Source: the human T2T-CHM13v2.0 reference genome, Homo sapiens. From it: DNA of 64,000 bases. Under the pieces are notes generated by a model. That model searched no databases. It saw only the letters and a list, made by a program, of their open reading frames with translations, and was not told the origin of the DNA. The stretch is taken from assembly GCF_009914755.1 (NCBI RefSeq), contig NC_060933.1; one strand, written 5' to 3'. The position numbers and the translations under genes were made by a program. Below, in pieces: positions 21,146 through 44,691 of this stretch. Position 1 is the first letter of the stretch. Every line of letters begins with the position of its first letter.

Positions 21146-21330
21146 TCAGGATTTCTCAACCTTGGCCCTATTGACATTTGAGGCCAGATAATTCCTTGCT
21201 GTGGGGAGCTGTCTTGTGTGATGTAGCATGTTTAGCCGCATCCCTAATCTCTACCTATTACATGCCAGTAGCATCCTCCAAGCTATGACAACCAAAAATG
21301 TCTCCAGACATTGCCAAATGCCCCTGGAGG
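21146..21330. mobile_element. MER20 hAT element
   Basis: CAG..TTTCTCAACCTTGGC.CTATTGACATTTG.GGCCAGATAATT...AAAAATGTCTCCAGACATTGCCAAATG.CCCCTGG. Confidence 0.8.
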
Positions 21331-22884
21331 AGGAGGAGGATGACACCCAGACTTGTCTTTAGAGAAGTAGAGTGAGTGCTGGTGGTGTCGGCCGTGTTGG
21401 CTGAAGCTGGACCTAGGAGAGCAGAAGGCTTCCAGCAGATGAACCAGTGCCACCCAATTTCAGAACCCCAGATGGGAAAGGAATAGTCAATGAAGGAGTT
21501 TTTATCACTGCCTTTGTCACTGAAAGTGTGACTCATTGATTCCCTAACATTCATTGACTATCGATTGTATCATTTGATGTGCAAGGAAAGACATCTCAAA
21601 GAGGGTCACATGCTTCCAGCACTCAAAAGCATGACCCATTGCTTCCCTGCTTGGGCCTGTCTTTCGTGGGAAGGCAGCCAGCAGCAGGAGAACAGACCCT
21701 TGTTTGGAGTTTAGAACAACTATGGGAATAATCAGAACAATGAGCCCACATGGCAGCAGATTCACACACAGTTTCCAGGTCCTAGAACCTGGTCAACCTG
21801 TTCTTTGACTCATAAAAACAATTATGATAATAGCATCACTTGAGCATCTACTGTGTACATTGCACACACTTATCTAATCCACACAATTCATTATCCCTAT
21901 TTGATACATGAGGAAATTGAAGCTCTGTGGGATTGGCCAACTTGCACAACATTGCACAGCTATGAAATAGAAGGCAACCAGTCAAAAGTGTAGACAGCTG
22001 ACTTTAGCCCAGGACTACCTGATTCCAAGTCCTTTGTTATTTCTCTTATGTCAGGCTACAAATTCTCCTTCCTGGTGGTATTGTGAGGAGGAAAGACAGC
22101 TGTAAATGTGCTAGGGTTTGAAGTACCACAGTCATTGGCTCCTTACCTTTTGTGTTGTTGTCAGAGCTTCAAGCCACATGCACATAAAATTGCAGAGTGC
22201 TACTTTTGATATTTTTAGTCTTGTCTAAAGCTGAGAAACAAAACCACAGAAATCTAGCTTAGTGAATTATTATGAGGCACATCTCTTTTTAATCACCACT
22301 CCAATCAGGAAATAGAACTTTGGCCAGGCACAGCGGCTAATGCCTGTAATCCCAGTACTTTGAAAGGTTGAGGCAGAAGGATCGCCTGAGGCCTCGTGTT
22401 TGAGACCAGCCTGAGCAAGGTAGCTAGACCCATCTCTAATTTAGAAAGGAAGGGAAGGAGGGAAGGAAGGGAGGGAGGGAGGGAGGGAGGGAGGGAATTT
22501 ACTAGTCATCCCAGTAACCATCTACCAACCCCATCCCAATCATGGCTCCAATCCTCCTCCAAAAGTAACTGTTGTTCTCACTTTTATTTATTTTGTCATT
22601 TTATTTTATGTTTTGAGACAGGGTCTCACCCTCTAACCCAGGCTGGAGTGTGGTGGTACAATCATGATTCACTGCAGCCTCAACCTCCTGGGCTCAAGCA
22701 ATCCTCCTGCCTCAGCCTCCCATGTAGCCGGGACCACAGGCACATGCCACCATGCCCAGCTAGGTTCTCACTTCTTCAACACTCACTTTCTCGCATTCGT
22801 CATCCAGTTAGGCATCTCTAAATATAATAATAATTTTTCTTTTTTAAAAAATTTGATATGTCTCTTAAGTCTACTTAATCTATT

Positions 22885-25314
<2,430 letters not shown>

Positions 25315-26695
25315 GATCCACACATTTTATATTTTTCTTAAAGTCCTCTGCAGATTGACCTTATGAAAATCTTATAAGAAGACATTTTCCCTCACATATT
25401 ATTTGGTGGCTCAGTGATGAAGTTCACCTATTACATTTGATTCTGGAGAAAAAGAAAGTGCCTTTTTATATAAGACACTGATTTCTCATGGTCTGTGTCT
25501 TCATGTTTTCCCATCTTTCCACACTTTAATTTCTTCTGTGTCTTTAAATTCAGCCTTGTCTATTAGACAGATCATCTTATCATTTCCTACATGCTCAATC
25601 TTGTCTTATCTCAGTACTCCTTTAAGCAACTCATGCTATTACTAACCCTGGTTCCACCTGCCTTTCAGAGCCACGCTTTGGGAAAGCATTTTTATACTCA
25701 TTCACTCTCCTTCTTTATCTTCTCTTCTACCTTGGATCGTAGACAGCTGGCTTCCATCCTCACCCTCCAGGGAACCCACTCCAGCATGTTCACCTACAAC
25801 CTCCATTCAGCTAAATTTATGTGAAACAAGTTTGGCCATGAGGACCCCTCAACAATCAAGGGGGAGGGACACACGAGGGTTATTGATACAGGGTCCCACA
25901 TCATGAATGGTCTTAAACCTAGGCTTCTGACATCATCTCCCAATGAGAGTACATGTGTAGTCATTGCAGTTGATGTGTTTGTATGTTCAGGGCATTAATT
26001 TGTGAAATATAATATAATAGTTCTCCCCCTTTTGGCACTACCTCCCTCTAAAAACAAAAAACAAAAAAACAGGGCCCTCAAAAATGAAAATGGCCCTAGT
26101 CTCACTCAGTCTCCAAGAAGCCCTGTAGGACCAGTTTGGGAGGCATGGCTGGGGTGACACTGGGGGACAGCATAGAGCAATACAGGCCCAGGGTAAGACC
26201 TCAGTCCCAGCTGGGCACAGTGGCTCATGCCTGTAATACCAGCACTTTGGTAGGTCAAGGCAGACGGATCACTAGACGTGAGGAGTTCGAGATCAGTCTG
26301 GCCAACATGATGAAACAACATCTCTATTAAAAATATAAATATTAGCCGGTCATAATGGTGCATGCCTGTAATCACAGCTGCTCAGGTGGCTGAGGCAGGA
26401 GAATTGCTTGAACCCAGGAGGTGGCAGTGAGTCATCTCACCACTGTACTCCAGCCTGGGCAACAGTGAGGCTATGTCTCAAAAAAACAAAATAGATCCCA
26501 GTCTCAGATCCATAGATCCCTCTTTCCCCTCTGAACTTCCACTTTTTACCTCTCACCTCACTGGGTTATTGTGAAGATCCAAACTACAGTGAAGTCACGT
26601 ATGCACAAGAACTTTACAAAGGCCAGCTATTACTCAGAAAAGTCACCCAGGATCCCTAGCAGTGTTTTTTCCTTAAATGAATCAGAATAGAATAA

Positions 26696-26993
<298 letters not shown>

Positions 26994-27770
26994 TGATCCG
27001 CCTGCCTCAGCCTCCCGAAAGTGCTGGGATTAGAGGCAGGAGCCACGGCTTGAGAGTATTGTTGTATAGAATTTATTGCAGTTATATATATACATGGACA
27101 GATATATGTTTATACTAGTGGTGATATAAAATGTATTTCTTACTATAGGCCACATTTTTCTAATGTTTGAAAAACAGTGCATGATAGGCATCTTTACATA
27201 CATCTCCCTTGAGAATGGGTCTTGTTATCTTCATTTACAAATGAACACATTGAGGCTCAGAGAAGATAAGTGACCAGGGATATATAAGCCAGGTTTAGAC
27301 CTAAGGTCTTGAAAACCTACTAAAATGTCTAAGTTTATGAATCACCTGGGGGCATCTTTTAAATACTGATTTCTGGCTCTCTGCGGAGGTTCTGATGGGG
27401 TGAGGGAGGTAGTTATGAATGTGCATTTTTAATATTGCCTTCAGGCAATCTGAGTGCTGGTGATCCTGCCTGCCACACTGTACGTCACTAGTTTGGAGCA
27501 GTGGTCCCTCAAGAGCTTTGCTTGACCTACTGTGGGGCTGGAGAAAAGCATTTAAACTCCAGTTTCTACTCGTGTTCGTGCCATTCTTTCATAATATCTA
27601 TGTGCCTATAATCTACATATTATACAATTGTACATATATAAACACCAATATGGGCATATAATGTATGTCTGGCCCCATGAACACCTGGCTTTATACAAGT
27701 GCACATATGAGCACACGATACAGACACATTATAGGCATATAATTGGGCAATGTTATATTATCAGTTTTCA

Positions 27771-28576
<806 letters not shown>

Positions 28577-29817
28577 TTACCTCAATTGTATGGTCCTTTC
28601 TGATCCAAACAAGATTAAGATGGCCCATTCATCACTTGTCAAGAGGAGGTCTGAAATCCTAGGAAGGGGGAACTTGGAATCAATCATTCAGTCAACGCTT
28701 GTACAGATCATTCTGAAAATGCCCAGTGAGGTTGCAGGAAACCTAGGAGGAGACAAAACCATATAAGTTGTGGCAATATAACAATGTTTGGGGAGAAAAG
28801 ATGTAAAAACAGCCAGGCGTAGTGGCTCACGCCTATAATCCCAGCACTTTGGGAGGCTGAGGTGGGCAGATCATGAGGTCAAGAGATCGAGACCATTCTG
28901 GCCAATGTGGTGAAACCCCGTCTCTACCAAAAATACAAAAATTAGCCGGGTGTGGTGGTGCGCACCTGTAGTCCCAGCTACTCAGGCGGCTGAGGCAAGA
29001 GAATCGCTTGAACCCAGGAGGCGGAGGTTGCGGTGAGGCGAGATCACGCCACTGCACTCCTACCTGGCGACAGAGCGAGACTCTGTCTCAAAAAAAAAAA
29101 AAAGGAAGAAAGAAAGAAACAATATGAAAAGGTAAATACGGTAATAAATGCCAGCATATTTCTTTCCTTATGTTTATATGATTTTGAAACACATTGTTAA
29201 TAAAACACCTGGGGGTTTCCTTTTAACTGCAGATACAGTCTGTGGAGTCCATGCTGAAAGCACACAAAGCCTGTACTGTGGCTGAAATTGATTTCGTTTT
29301 AATCTTCTGTAATGATGCCATTATTTTTACAGCTGCTTCTACAACCCCATACATGATTTACATGCAAGTGCTGGCCTCTCTTTTTATATAGGTATGTACT
29401 GTCCCCTGTAAACTGTAAATTCCCCCAGGGCAGGGCCCATGTTGGCACAGGGTTGGGGGTGGGGGAGAAAAGAGCACAGGGTTTGGAGACTGGTGTCTTG
29501 AGACTCAAAGCCTGGCTTTGACATATATTGGCTGGGCAACCTTGAGCAAGCTATTTAATGTGTGAGCCCCTAGAGGTTAATTAAACCTTATCTAGTAACT
29601 ACTCGTGGCTGAAATGAAAGATATGGCATAAAAGCCTGTCAAGTGATTGGCGGCCTGAATAGGATTTGCATATTCCTCGGAACTCAGTGTTTTATAATGA
29701 AGTATTTGCTTGGGAACTTTTGCTCCAGAACCTCATCTATTTGCTTTATAGTGCTCATGTTAGTTGAGGAAGGATTAACAAGAAAGTCGTGACTTCCTTG
29801 TCCCTTACTAGGTTTTT

Positions 29818-32189
<2,372 letters not shown>

Positions 32190-33388
32190 TTATTTTTAAA
32201 TTTTTATTTGGAAATAATTTTTAACTTGCAAAAGCACAAATAGTATAAGTCACCCATATATCCTTTACCCAGATTCACCTATTGCTAAGATTGTACTCTG
32301 TTTGAGGGTAAGTTACAGGCATCATGGCCTTTCACCCCTAAATACTTCAGTGTGCATTTACAAAAGATAGGAATATCCAACTTCATTCAACTTCACTTAT
32401 CATTTCATACATTTACATTGATATGGGACTTTTGTCTTACGTACCATCCATATTCCAAATTTGTCAGTCAATTTATATTAAGTTTTGACTGTCTGGAACT
32501 CATCTCAACGTGCCAGATGTGGCCCCTTGGAACTTTCAACTTGCAGCCATGGGGAGTGAAATTAATATGGATTCTTTTCCACGTTCAGGGCAAGGAATTG
32601 AAATAGAATAGAAGTATAATGACAAATTTTTTTGAGGTCCCCCAAGTTATAGCAAAGAGCATGCTTGGTGCTCTTAAAGACCTAGATCAATTCTTTTAAA
32701 TGACTAGTGAAGGAATGGGGGAACTAAGGTGTAAACAGGGGAAGGGACTTGCCTTAGACTCTAAGACCATGGGCCAGTGAGTAGATGAGCTAAAGCTGGA
32801 AATCATCAAGCATCAGAGGCCCTAGGAACTTCACTCCAACAATCTCTTCTTAGAGATGACATTATCAGCATTATTTAGGAACTGTACCTCGGCTTGTACT
32901 CCTTGTCCCAATACCCTGGAAATGTGACCTAGTTAATAATAATGATAAAAATAGCTAGTGTTTATGAAATGCTTCCTATGAGGTAGACACTGTTTTAAAC
33001 ACTTATAAGCAGTATCCCATTTAATTCTTATTAATGATCTTAACTTTAACAAGCCCTATTGTCTTCATTTTACAGATGATGACACTGAGGCTTTGCTAGG
33101 TTAAATAATCTAAACCAAAGTCTCACCCTTAACCTTGGCTTTATCTCCACTTGAGTCTAGGCTTCCAGTTTCAAATTTATTTAACCATAGCACCATGAAG
33201 AGGGGAGTAAGCACCATGGATCTTTGGAGGCCAGTGTTTGGGAGGAGCTGGAAAGGGTCAAGTAGGGCTTCTCAAATGTACATCAAAACTCATATTCATA
33301 ACATGTAAGTGTGCAGAGACACTTCCCATTGGTTGCTTCCTTGTGTCCTTCCAACCGCCCATTTAAAAAAGGGTAAACATAAGGTTCA

Positions 33389-33672
<284 letters not shown>

Positions 33673-33959
33673 CTAAAAAAAAAAAAAAAAAAAAGGTTCA
33701 AAGGTTCAGTGAGTTCCACAAGGTCCCATGGCTAATCTGTGACTGAGCAGAGATTTGACCTAAGTCTGCCGTTTTCTTATTCTGTCACCAAAGCAAGCAG
33801 ATGATATGTGATGAGTTATGACATTACATATTTAGAGACTTCAGGATTCATGTTGTAAATAAAGTCATAATAGCTCTGTTATCTAAGCAAACTTCAAAGC
33901 CACCTTGCTGGTTTAAGCACTACTTGCTAATTGGCAGAGTAGAGTCTCTGGGTCAATGC

Positions 33960-35625
<1,666 letters not shown>

Positions 35626-36452
35626 AAACTGTTTATTGGGCTGTGCGTGGTGGCTCATGCCTGTAATCTCAGCACTTTGGGAGGTGGGAGGATCGCTTGA
35701 GCTCAGGAGTTCAAGACCAGCCTGGTCAACATAAACTTTGAATGTAATGTGGTGGGAAGAGAAGGATCAGATCTAAATTTGAATGCTGGCTGTGCTGTGA
35801 ATCAGCAAATCTCTTCCCCTCTCAGAGCCTCAGTTTCTTCATGTGAAAAAGGGGCTAATGCAAGCCCTACCTATGTAAGAGCCTGTTTTGGCTCAGGCTT
35901 CCAACAACTGTTTCTCACCCATGCTTTTCATGGCTTGTCCTCAGAAGTTCCCCACAAAGGGGTCCTATGGTTGTTCCCACTTTACAAATGAGGTGACTAC
36001 TAGACACATTTATATAGTTGTCTCTCCTATCAGACTGCGGACCATTTGGTGACAGAGATTATATCATATCCCTTCGCGTGTTTCCAAACACAGAAATTAG
36101 CATACTGTAATTAGCAAATGCTTAGTAAAGAGCTTTTTTAAAAACACACACAGGCTGGGCACTGTGGCTCACGCCTGTAATCCCAGCACTTTGGGAGGCC
36201 AAGGCGGGTGGATCATGAGGTCAGGAGTTCAAGACCAGCCTGGCCAAGATGGTGAAACCCGGTCTCTACTAAAAAAAAAAACAAAAGTTAGCCAGGTGTG
36301 GTGGTGGACACCTATAATCCCAGCTACTCAGGAGGCTGAGGCAGAGAATTGTTTGAACCCGGAGGCAGAGGTTACAGTGAGCCGAGATCATGCCACTACA
36401 CTCTAGCCTGGGCAACAGAACGAGACTCCATCTTAAAAACAAACAAAAAACA

Positions 36453-36454
<2 letters not shown>

Positions 36455-36492
<38 letters not shown>
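36455..36492. repeat. (CA)19 microsatellite in an Alu tail
   Basis: 19 uninterrupted CA units. Confidence 0.95.
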
Positions 36493-36494
<2 letters not shown>

Positions 36495-37110
36495 ATGTAT
36501 CACACAAATAAAATATTACATTTTCAACTGCCTGGCATTTACCAGTTTGAAAGTGGAGCCGACTGCTTTACGCCAGAGGATGATAAACCCTCTCATTTTT
36601 AGTTTGGCTTCTAAGTATGCTCATCACCTGATAGTAACTTATTTTTGCTTCCTGTGAGTCAGAGAGCAAAAGGCACTGTCTCCAAGCCACCAGGGCAACC
36701 TTTAAACAAACGGCCCCATAATGAATAGTTTTGGTAAAGTAACAGCCTGCTGCATGCCTTGTCATAATATGTAAACACTCTCTAATTTGTTCAATGTTCT
36801 GTATTAATAAAGTTTGTGTCCTATCATTTCCAAAGAGTCTCAAAGAACGCTTGCTCAGATGGCCGGTGAAAAGTCCCACTTTGTCATACCTAGGAAAGCA
36901 GCATCTTTTTTTAATTTTATTTTTAAATAAATAGGCTGAGCTTGGTGGCTCTTGCCTATAATCCCAGCACTTTGGGAGGCCGAGGTGGGTAGATCACGAG
37001 TTTAGGAGATCAAGACCATCCTGGCCAACGTGGTGAAACCCTGTCTCTACTAAAAATGCAAAAATTAGCTGGGTGTGGTGGCATCATGTGCCTGTAGTCC
37101 CAGCTACTCA

Positions 37111-37272
<162 letters not shown>

Positions 37273-37884
37273 CTATGTTGCCCAGACTGGTCATGAACTC
37301 CTGGGCTCAAGTGATTCTTTTGCTTCAGCCTCTCAAAATGCTGGGATTACAGGCATGAGCCACTGCACCCAACCCAGCATCTTTGTCTAACAGCATAGAG
37401 ATAAGGCTGAATTGAGAGAAGACTCTGTGTTGTAGAGATGAGCACTGTGTCCAAAGTCGCTCTACCTCTTTGAGGTTCATCTGGAAAATGGGCTGACAAT
37501 TAAATGGATATAATGTACACAGAAGTGCACTGTGACTGGTGAGGCCATGTAAATATTGAACACTGGTTTTCTGTATTTTTTTTTTCTCACTTAAAGTTCA
37601 TCATATTAGAGATCTTGAGAAGTTACCAGTATGGGACCTCAAAGTTGCTGGTGCCTTATCACACAGTCCCAAAATTTGGATTGCTGGCATAAAATATTGT
37701 ATTACGGCCGGGAGCAGTGGCTCACGCCTGTAATCCCAGCACTTTGGGGAGGCCAAGGCAGGCGGATCACCTGAGGTCAGGAGTTCAAGACCAGCCTGGC
37801 CAACATGGTGAAACCCCGTCTCTACCAGAAATTCAAAAACATTAGCTGAGCATAGTGGTGGGCGCCTGTAATCCTAGGTACTCA

Positions 37885-38232
<348 letters not shown>

Positions 38233-39369
38233 TCACTTGAACCTAGGAGGCGGAGGTTGCAGTGAGCCAGGATCATGCCACTGCCCTCCAGCCTGGGTGA
38301 CAGAGTGAGACTCTGTATCAAAAAAAAAAAAAAAAAAAAAAAGAAAAGAAAGAAAAGAAAAGAAAGAAAGATAAGGTTACTGGAGTTCAGAGAGGTTGCA
38401 GGAGAAAGATAGCCAGGAACTAACTAGCAGGGCTGCCCTTGACAGTCAGGTCCTCTGACTGTGCATTCCATTGCACTATGTCTCAGGACTGTGTGTTATT
38501 ATTTCTAACATCACCAATTTCCAGAAAGGATCCCAGGCATTTGTGGAAGGGGTGTCAAGGGGAGAGAAGGAAGAAGAATCCCAACAGTTAAAACCTCCCA
38601 CAGCCCAGGCTTCCTGGTCACAGACAGGGCTGCAAAAGGCACCCTAGATGGGCTAGCTGCTGTGGGTGGGTGAGACTTGCATTGAGTACCTACTATGTGT
38701 TTCAGGAAAAAGGACCCTGAGCGTCGTGGCTCACTCCTGTAATTCTAGCACTTTCAGAAACTGAAGTGGGAGGCTTGGTTGAGGCCAGGAATTTGAGACC
38801 AACCTGGGCAATAAAGGGAGACCCTCTCTCTACAAAAATAAATTAAAAAGAAAAGAGCGCCGCCTGTGAGTAGGGTCAAATGTTATGCACTGCACCTGCT
38901 ACGTGCTACAGATACAGGTGGTCTGGGACCCGCCAGCTGACAGTGGGAGTGAGTTTGCCCCGAATAAGGAGTCCTTCATTTCTCATCTTGTAGCAACTCT
39001 GTGGGTGGAGTATGATTACTCCCATTTTGCAATGAGAATATTTAGGTTCAAAAAGGAGACAGCTGAGGCCACAGCCATAGATGGAGTTAGTGGCACTGCA
39101 AGACTGGACCCCAGCTGGGTGCTCAGGTTCCTTTTCTACCTCAAAGGAAAGGTAGAAACCATCCCTATCTGCCACAGAGGAGCAGACTCCAGAGAAGCCA
39201 AAGCCTAGCCAGCGAGTAATCATAACGATGTCCGTCTTTTAGCGAGTATTTGTCATGTAGCAGACACGTTATTGCACATTCCCACTTAATGGTTACATGA
39301 CCTTGTCCCGTCTATTTTCACGTTAGCCAAAGGGAAGCCTAGAAGTCCACAGTCCCCGGGAGCTGGAAG

Positions 39370-40160
39370 CCAGGCAGTGACAGCGCCAGCGTATTCTCCT
39401 TGACTTGATTGTAAATTTCACAACTTTGGTAGCTTCAACAGGGAGGAAGAGGAGGGGCGCCGGCTCCCTCCAGCAAAGGCGGCGCGGAGCGGGTAGCCAG
39501 GTCCGGAGCCGTCCTGTGCCGGGCCGTCCGGTGGGGGGCACTGCAGACCGCGCGGGCGCTGCGCCCGCCTCTAGCTCCGGGCGCAGAGGGGTGGCCACGC
39601 TCTCCTGAGTCCCTCGCGCCCCTAGCCGCGCCTGGGAGAGCGGACTGGCCTCCCAGAGAGGATGCGGGGGAAGCCGCACAGGGGCCCACTGGGACTGGGT
39701 AAGGGCGCGGGATGGGATCGGCTCTGGATATGGGTGCCCCCCGAGCCGCGCCCCACCCCGCGAGCGCTCCCATTTGCACCTCCACTTGAGCACGGAGCTT
39801 CAAGAACGAGCTATTCTGGGGTGCGGGTTCCGACACTAGGCCCCACACGGATCTGGGGACTGGTTTGGCTACGACCTGGCGGAAGGGGGGAAACCTGGCC
39901 TGAGAACGGAAACTGCGGGACGATCCGGCGGCGCACTTAAATCTGGCTCCGCTGCTTCCTCGCCCCGCCCCCGCTGTCACCTTCCTCTGCTTCTGCGCAG
40001 CGATTCCACACCCCACTCCACCCCATCCCACCCAGACCGCTCACCCGATTCTGACTTTGAACCCAAAAGCGATCAGGCGTGTTCTGGGCCCGGCCACAGC
40101 CAGCGGGCGCTCTGGCCCTCGCAGAAGCCGCCGCAAGCGGGCATCGCTGTCCCCAGGGAG
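39370..40160. promoter_or_regulatory. Second CpG island ~23.5 kb from the KLF4 TSS (lncRNA promoter or enhancer)
   Basis: Abrupt CpG-rich block. GC box at 39963-39971, KLF motif CCACACCC at 40006-40013, no credible ORF. Confidence 0.8.
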
Positions 40161-41952
40161 GGGACCCCAGCTAGCACCAGTAGAGGTGCAGTCACCCTTT
40201 TTAAGGTTACTCGGAGGGTAGATGCGGCATCCACTGACCTTGATCTTTTCCCACAGTCACCTGGGACCCAGGCATATAATGTGGGCAGTTTAATGAGGTG
40301 TAAACGAAGTGCAAATGGCCTAGAAGCCCCTTGAATGTGAAGCAGGATGGAGGCTTTCTTTAGAAGGGGGGTTTTACTCACTCTGGGAATTCTGGTAACA
40401 GCAATAGTCTCTGATTGTTAATTGGTCATAATTACTTTGTTAGAAGTCTGTACACCATTCCAAGTTCTAAGGCGACGAGAAAGAATATTTCTGACATTTA
40501 CAACGGGAGGGAAACAGCATATTACTTTCTCCATTAGGATATACATTAGCATATTGTTGAATTGAATTTTCCGCCTTCACTTTTTAATATATTTCCAATT
40601 TCCAACTACTCCCTGGAAAATTTTAAAAAGGGGCAGCAGAAGGATTGGTGATGTGCATGCCACAGATGGAGATGGAAAAACTGCCCAGAACATGTTGACA
40701 TTTGTAAAAAAGTTAACATCCCCCCACACTTTAAAACTATGATATTAGGAATAGCATAATGGCAAAAGTTACTCGTACAACATCTGTTCCTTCCAATGGG
40801 AGGATTTCTTTCCTGCCAAGAATTTATGAATTTTCTATAGGAGCTTGGTTCTGTTCGGGGAAGAGGGAAGGAAGCCAGCCAGAGCAGCCCCTTGGCTTCA
40901 GGGAATGCAGGGATGCATTGCTCCTGGCTTTTAGATGGCTCCTGAAGCTGCTGATGGGGCCAAAGTCACCCTTCAGAAGGACTTGGCTGCAAACAAGAAA
41001 AATCTCCAACAGCCACCCATGGTTTAAAGTGACTAGGCCGTCACTAAGAAAGGTCAAGGCCATATGGCTTGAGGACAGAGATGAGTTGGTTATAACTCTC
41101 ATTCGCAGAAGACCTAATCCTTTTTGGAGGGCAAAGGAAAGAGTTTATTATAGGGATAAAACCCAACCAACTCATATCAGTTCATTTCAAATGTTTCATT
41201 CATTTTCACATTGACCAGATAAGTGTTTGTTCACTCATCTCAGAAACTTCAATCTCTTCATCTACCATCAATTGTCTTTTACCCTTGCTCAATTGAATCT
41301 CTGGTGACTGGAAACTTTTATCTTTCTAAAAAAGCATGATGTGAGTGCTCAAAACAGCCATCTGGGTGAATAGGACGCTAAGTGGATTAGCAGTTGAAAC
41401 ATTAATGATTCACTTTTGACTCAAAGCAAGTTTATCTAAGCAGATTTCCAATGGTCTTCTCTTTTGCAATCAAAAGAACTTTCTGCTCTAGAGAAGCCTC
41501 TGTCCAGGAAGGGGGAGATTACCTTTTTGCACTTTAAAGTGGACCATTTTAAGTTCTTGATTTTTGTTGTTGTAGAGACAGGGTCTCACAAATTTGCCCA
41601 GGATGGCCTTGAACTCCTAGCCTTAAGTGATCCTCCTGCCTTGGCCTCCCTGGGATCACAGGAGTGAGCCATCATGCTTGGCTTTTTTTTTTTTTTTAAG
41701 ACAGAGTCTCTCTGTCACCCAGGTTGGAGTGCAGTGGTGTGATTTCAGCTCATTTCAATGCCCCCACCCCCGACACCCCTACCCTGACCCCACCACTCCG
41801 ATGCCAGGTTGAAGAGATTCTCCTGACTCAGCCTCCTGAGTAGCTGGGATTGCAGGTGCCTGCCACCACGCCCAGCTAATTTTTGTATTTTTAGTAGAGA
41901 TGGGGTTTCACCATGTTGGCCAGGCTGGTCTCACACTCCTGACTTCAGATAA

Positions 41953-42093
<141 letters not shown>

Positions 42094-42849
42094 TAAATTG
42101 GGAGTCTGTCTGAGCCTACTCTGGCTCAGGAAGCTGCCTTATAAAAATAATAATAATGATAATAATCTAAGTTGTTCCCATTTGGCAGTGGTTGCGGGGT
42201 GGAGGAGGACAACAGCAACCAACATCAAGGGTTTGGTTCAGTCTTTCAAATCAACAATGTTTATTGAACACCTACTATGTGCCAGGTAGTTTCCTAGGCA
42301 TTGTCCTCCTCCTCATTCTAGAGGGAAGCTAGAGAATAAATAGATCCAGTATATGTTACAGTTCAGGTAATCGTAAGTGTCATGAGACAACATCAAGCAG
42401 GTTAAAGAGATAACAACATGAGCAAGGTGGGAGGGCTCTTTTAGTATAGTCAGAAAAGGCTGCTTCAAGGAATTGGCATTTAAGTGGCCCTTCTAGAATT
42501 TTCTGAGTGCATATATACCCCCCAACACGTAAACATAAATGTATTTTACCAAGTTGGATAGTACTAAGCTCCTCCCCTTCACCCTGCCCCCTCCCCGTTA
42601 ACTTCTGAACATTCTTCTGCATATAATGAGCAGGTGGCTCAAGAATATGGGTCTGAGTAGAATCAGGTTTAAATTCCAGCTCCATCACCTGCTTGTTTTG
42701 TGACTCAAGGCAGGTTACCTAAGTTCTTTTTGCCTCAGATGCCTCGTCCCTAAAATGAGAACAGTCATGACTACCTTATAGGATTATTGTCGGGACTGAA
42801 TGAAAAAAAATGCCTGTGAAATGCTGAGTACAGAGACAGCATGGAGTAA

Positions 42850-43199
<350 letters not shown>

Positions 43200-44496
43200 T
43201 AATTTTAATGGCACATAGGAGTCCATTCTAGGGATGTCAGAACTTATATAACCAATGCCCTACTGTTGGGCAGAGAGAATGGGATATATATAAACCTAGC
43301 AGATGACGTGAATGAGCTAAAGGAGAAAAGTGAAACAACAACTAAACAAAATAAACAAAACCCAACACATGTAGAAAATAGTCCAAATCAACACATTTTC
43401 TAGGAGAGACTCATTTTTCTTCTGCTATCCCTGATGCTAAACATACCCACTCATAACAACCTGCCTGCTTACCTACCACTTGCGTCTTGGTTAGGAGACC
43501 CCCTAGGTCTTGCTTCTATGACCTCATGTGCAGGCGGAGGATGAGGGTCAGGAAGTGTTAGGTTGGAATGAAGTTCTGCAGTGGCCTAGCTGTTGGGAAT
43601 GTGAGGTCTCATCTTCCTCATTTGTGCAAAGCAGCCTTGAAATAAAATATTCTTTGGGGTTGGGCACAGTGGCTCATGCCTGTAATCCCAGCACTTTGAG
43701 AGGCCAAGGCAAGTAGATCACTTGCAGACAGGAGTTCGAGACCAGCCTGGCCAACATGGTGAAACCCCAGCTCTACTAAAAATACAAAAATTAGCCAGGC
43801 ATGGTGGCGGGCACTGTAATCTCAGATACTTGGGAGGCTAAGGCAGGAGAATCACTTGAACCTAGGGGGCAGAGTTTGCAGTGAGCCAAGATTGTGTCAC
43901 TGTACTCCAGCCTGAGCGACACAGTGAGACTCCATCTCAAAAAGAGAAAAAAGAAATAAAATGATCTTCGGAACACCTTTCAGCTCTGTCACTCATTTGT
44001 TCCCAGACTATGCTCTGGTGCTCCAAAGAGCCTTCCTTGCTTCTGAGATCTGAAATGGCTCTCTGAGTCATTTGTTCATGCCCAGTGACATAGACCCAGA
44101 TCTATTTTAGGCTGAGATCCTGTTTAGGGGAAAGAAATTATCTTTAAATATTGGTAGCATTAGGAGAATGTTGGCAAAGCATTTTGGAAGATGGGCAAAG
44201 AAGCAGGAGTGTTTCCCATGGGCCATGGCTGAGAATGTGGGCTCTAAGCACAATACTCGAATGTGCCGCTCCTGGGGTGAACTTCCTCTCCCGTGTTCTC
44301 CATTTAAGGAGGCCTCAGAGTGTGTGAACTTCAGAAAAGATTCTTTCTTCGGAGTACTTCCAATTGGCCCAACTATAAAAAGGGCTGCTAGTTTTTGTTT
44401 CAATAGATTGAATACATGCGTAAAATGCTTTGAAATCCGTGAGTGAAATACCCGGGAAGAAAGGCAATGACCTATTTACTCTTGGTGATTTTATAG

Positions 44497-44691
<195 letters not shown>

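Noticed and set aside
39323-40031. 156- and 198-aa ORFs in the downstream CpG island
   Set aside because: R/G/A/P-rich ORFs are expected from stop-poor GC-rich DNA; no recognisable homology.
40759-41214. 151-aa ATG ORF in unique sequence
   Set aside because: No recognisable family, splice context or poly(A)/TSD signature; cannot be supported.
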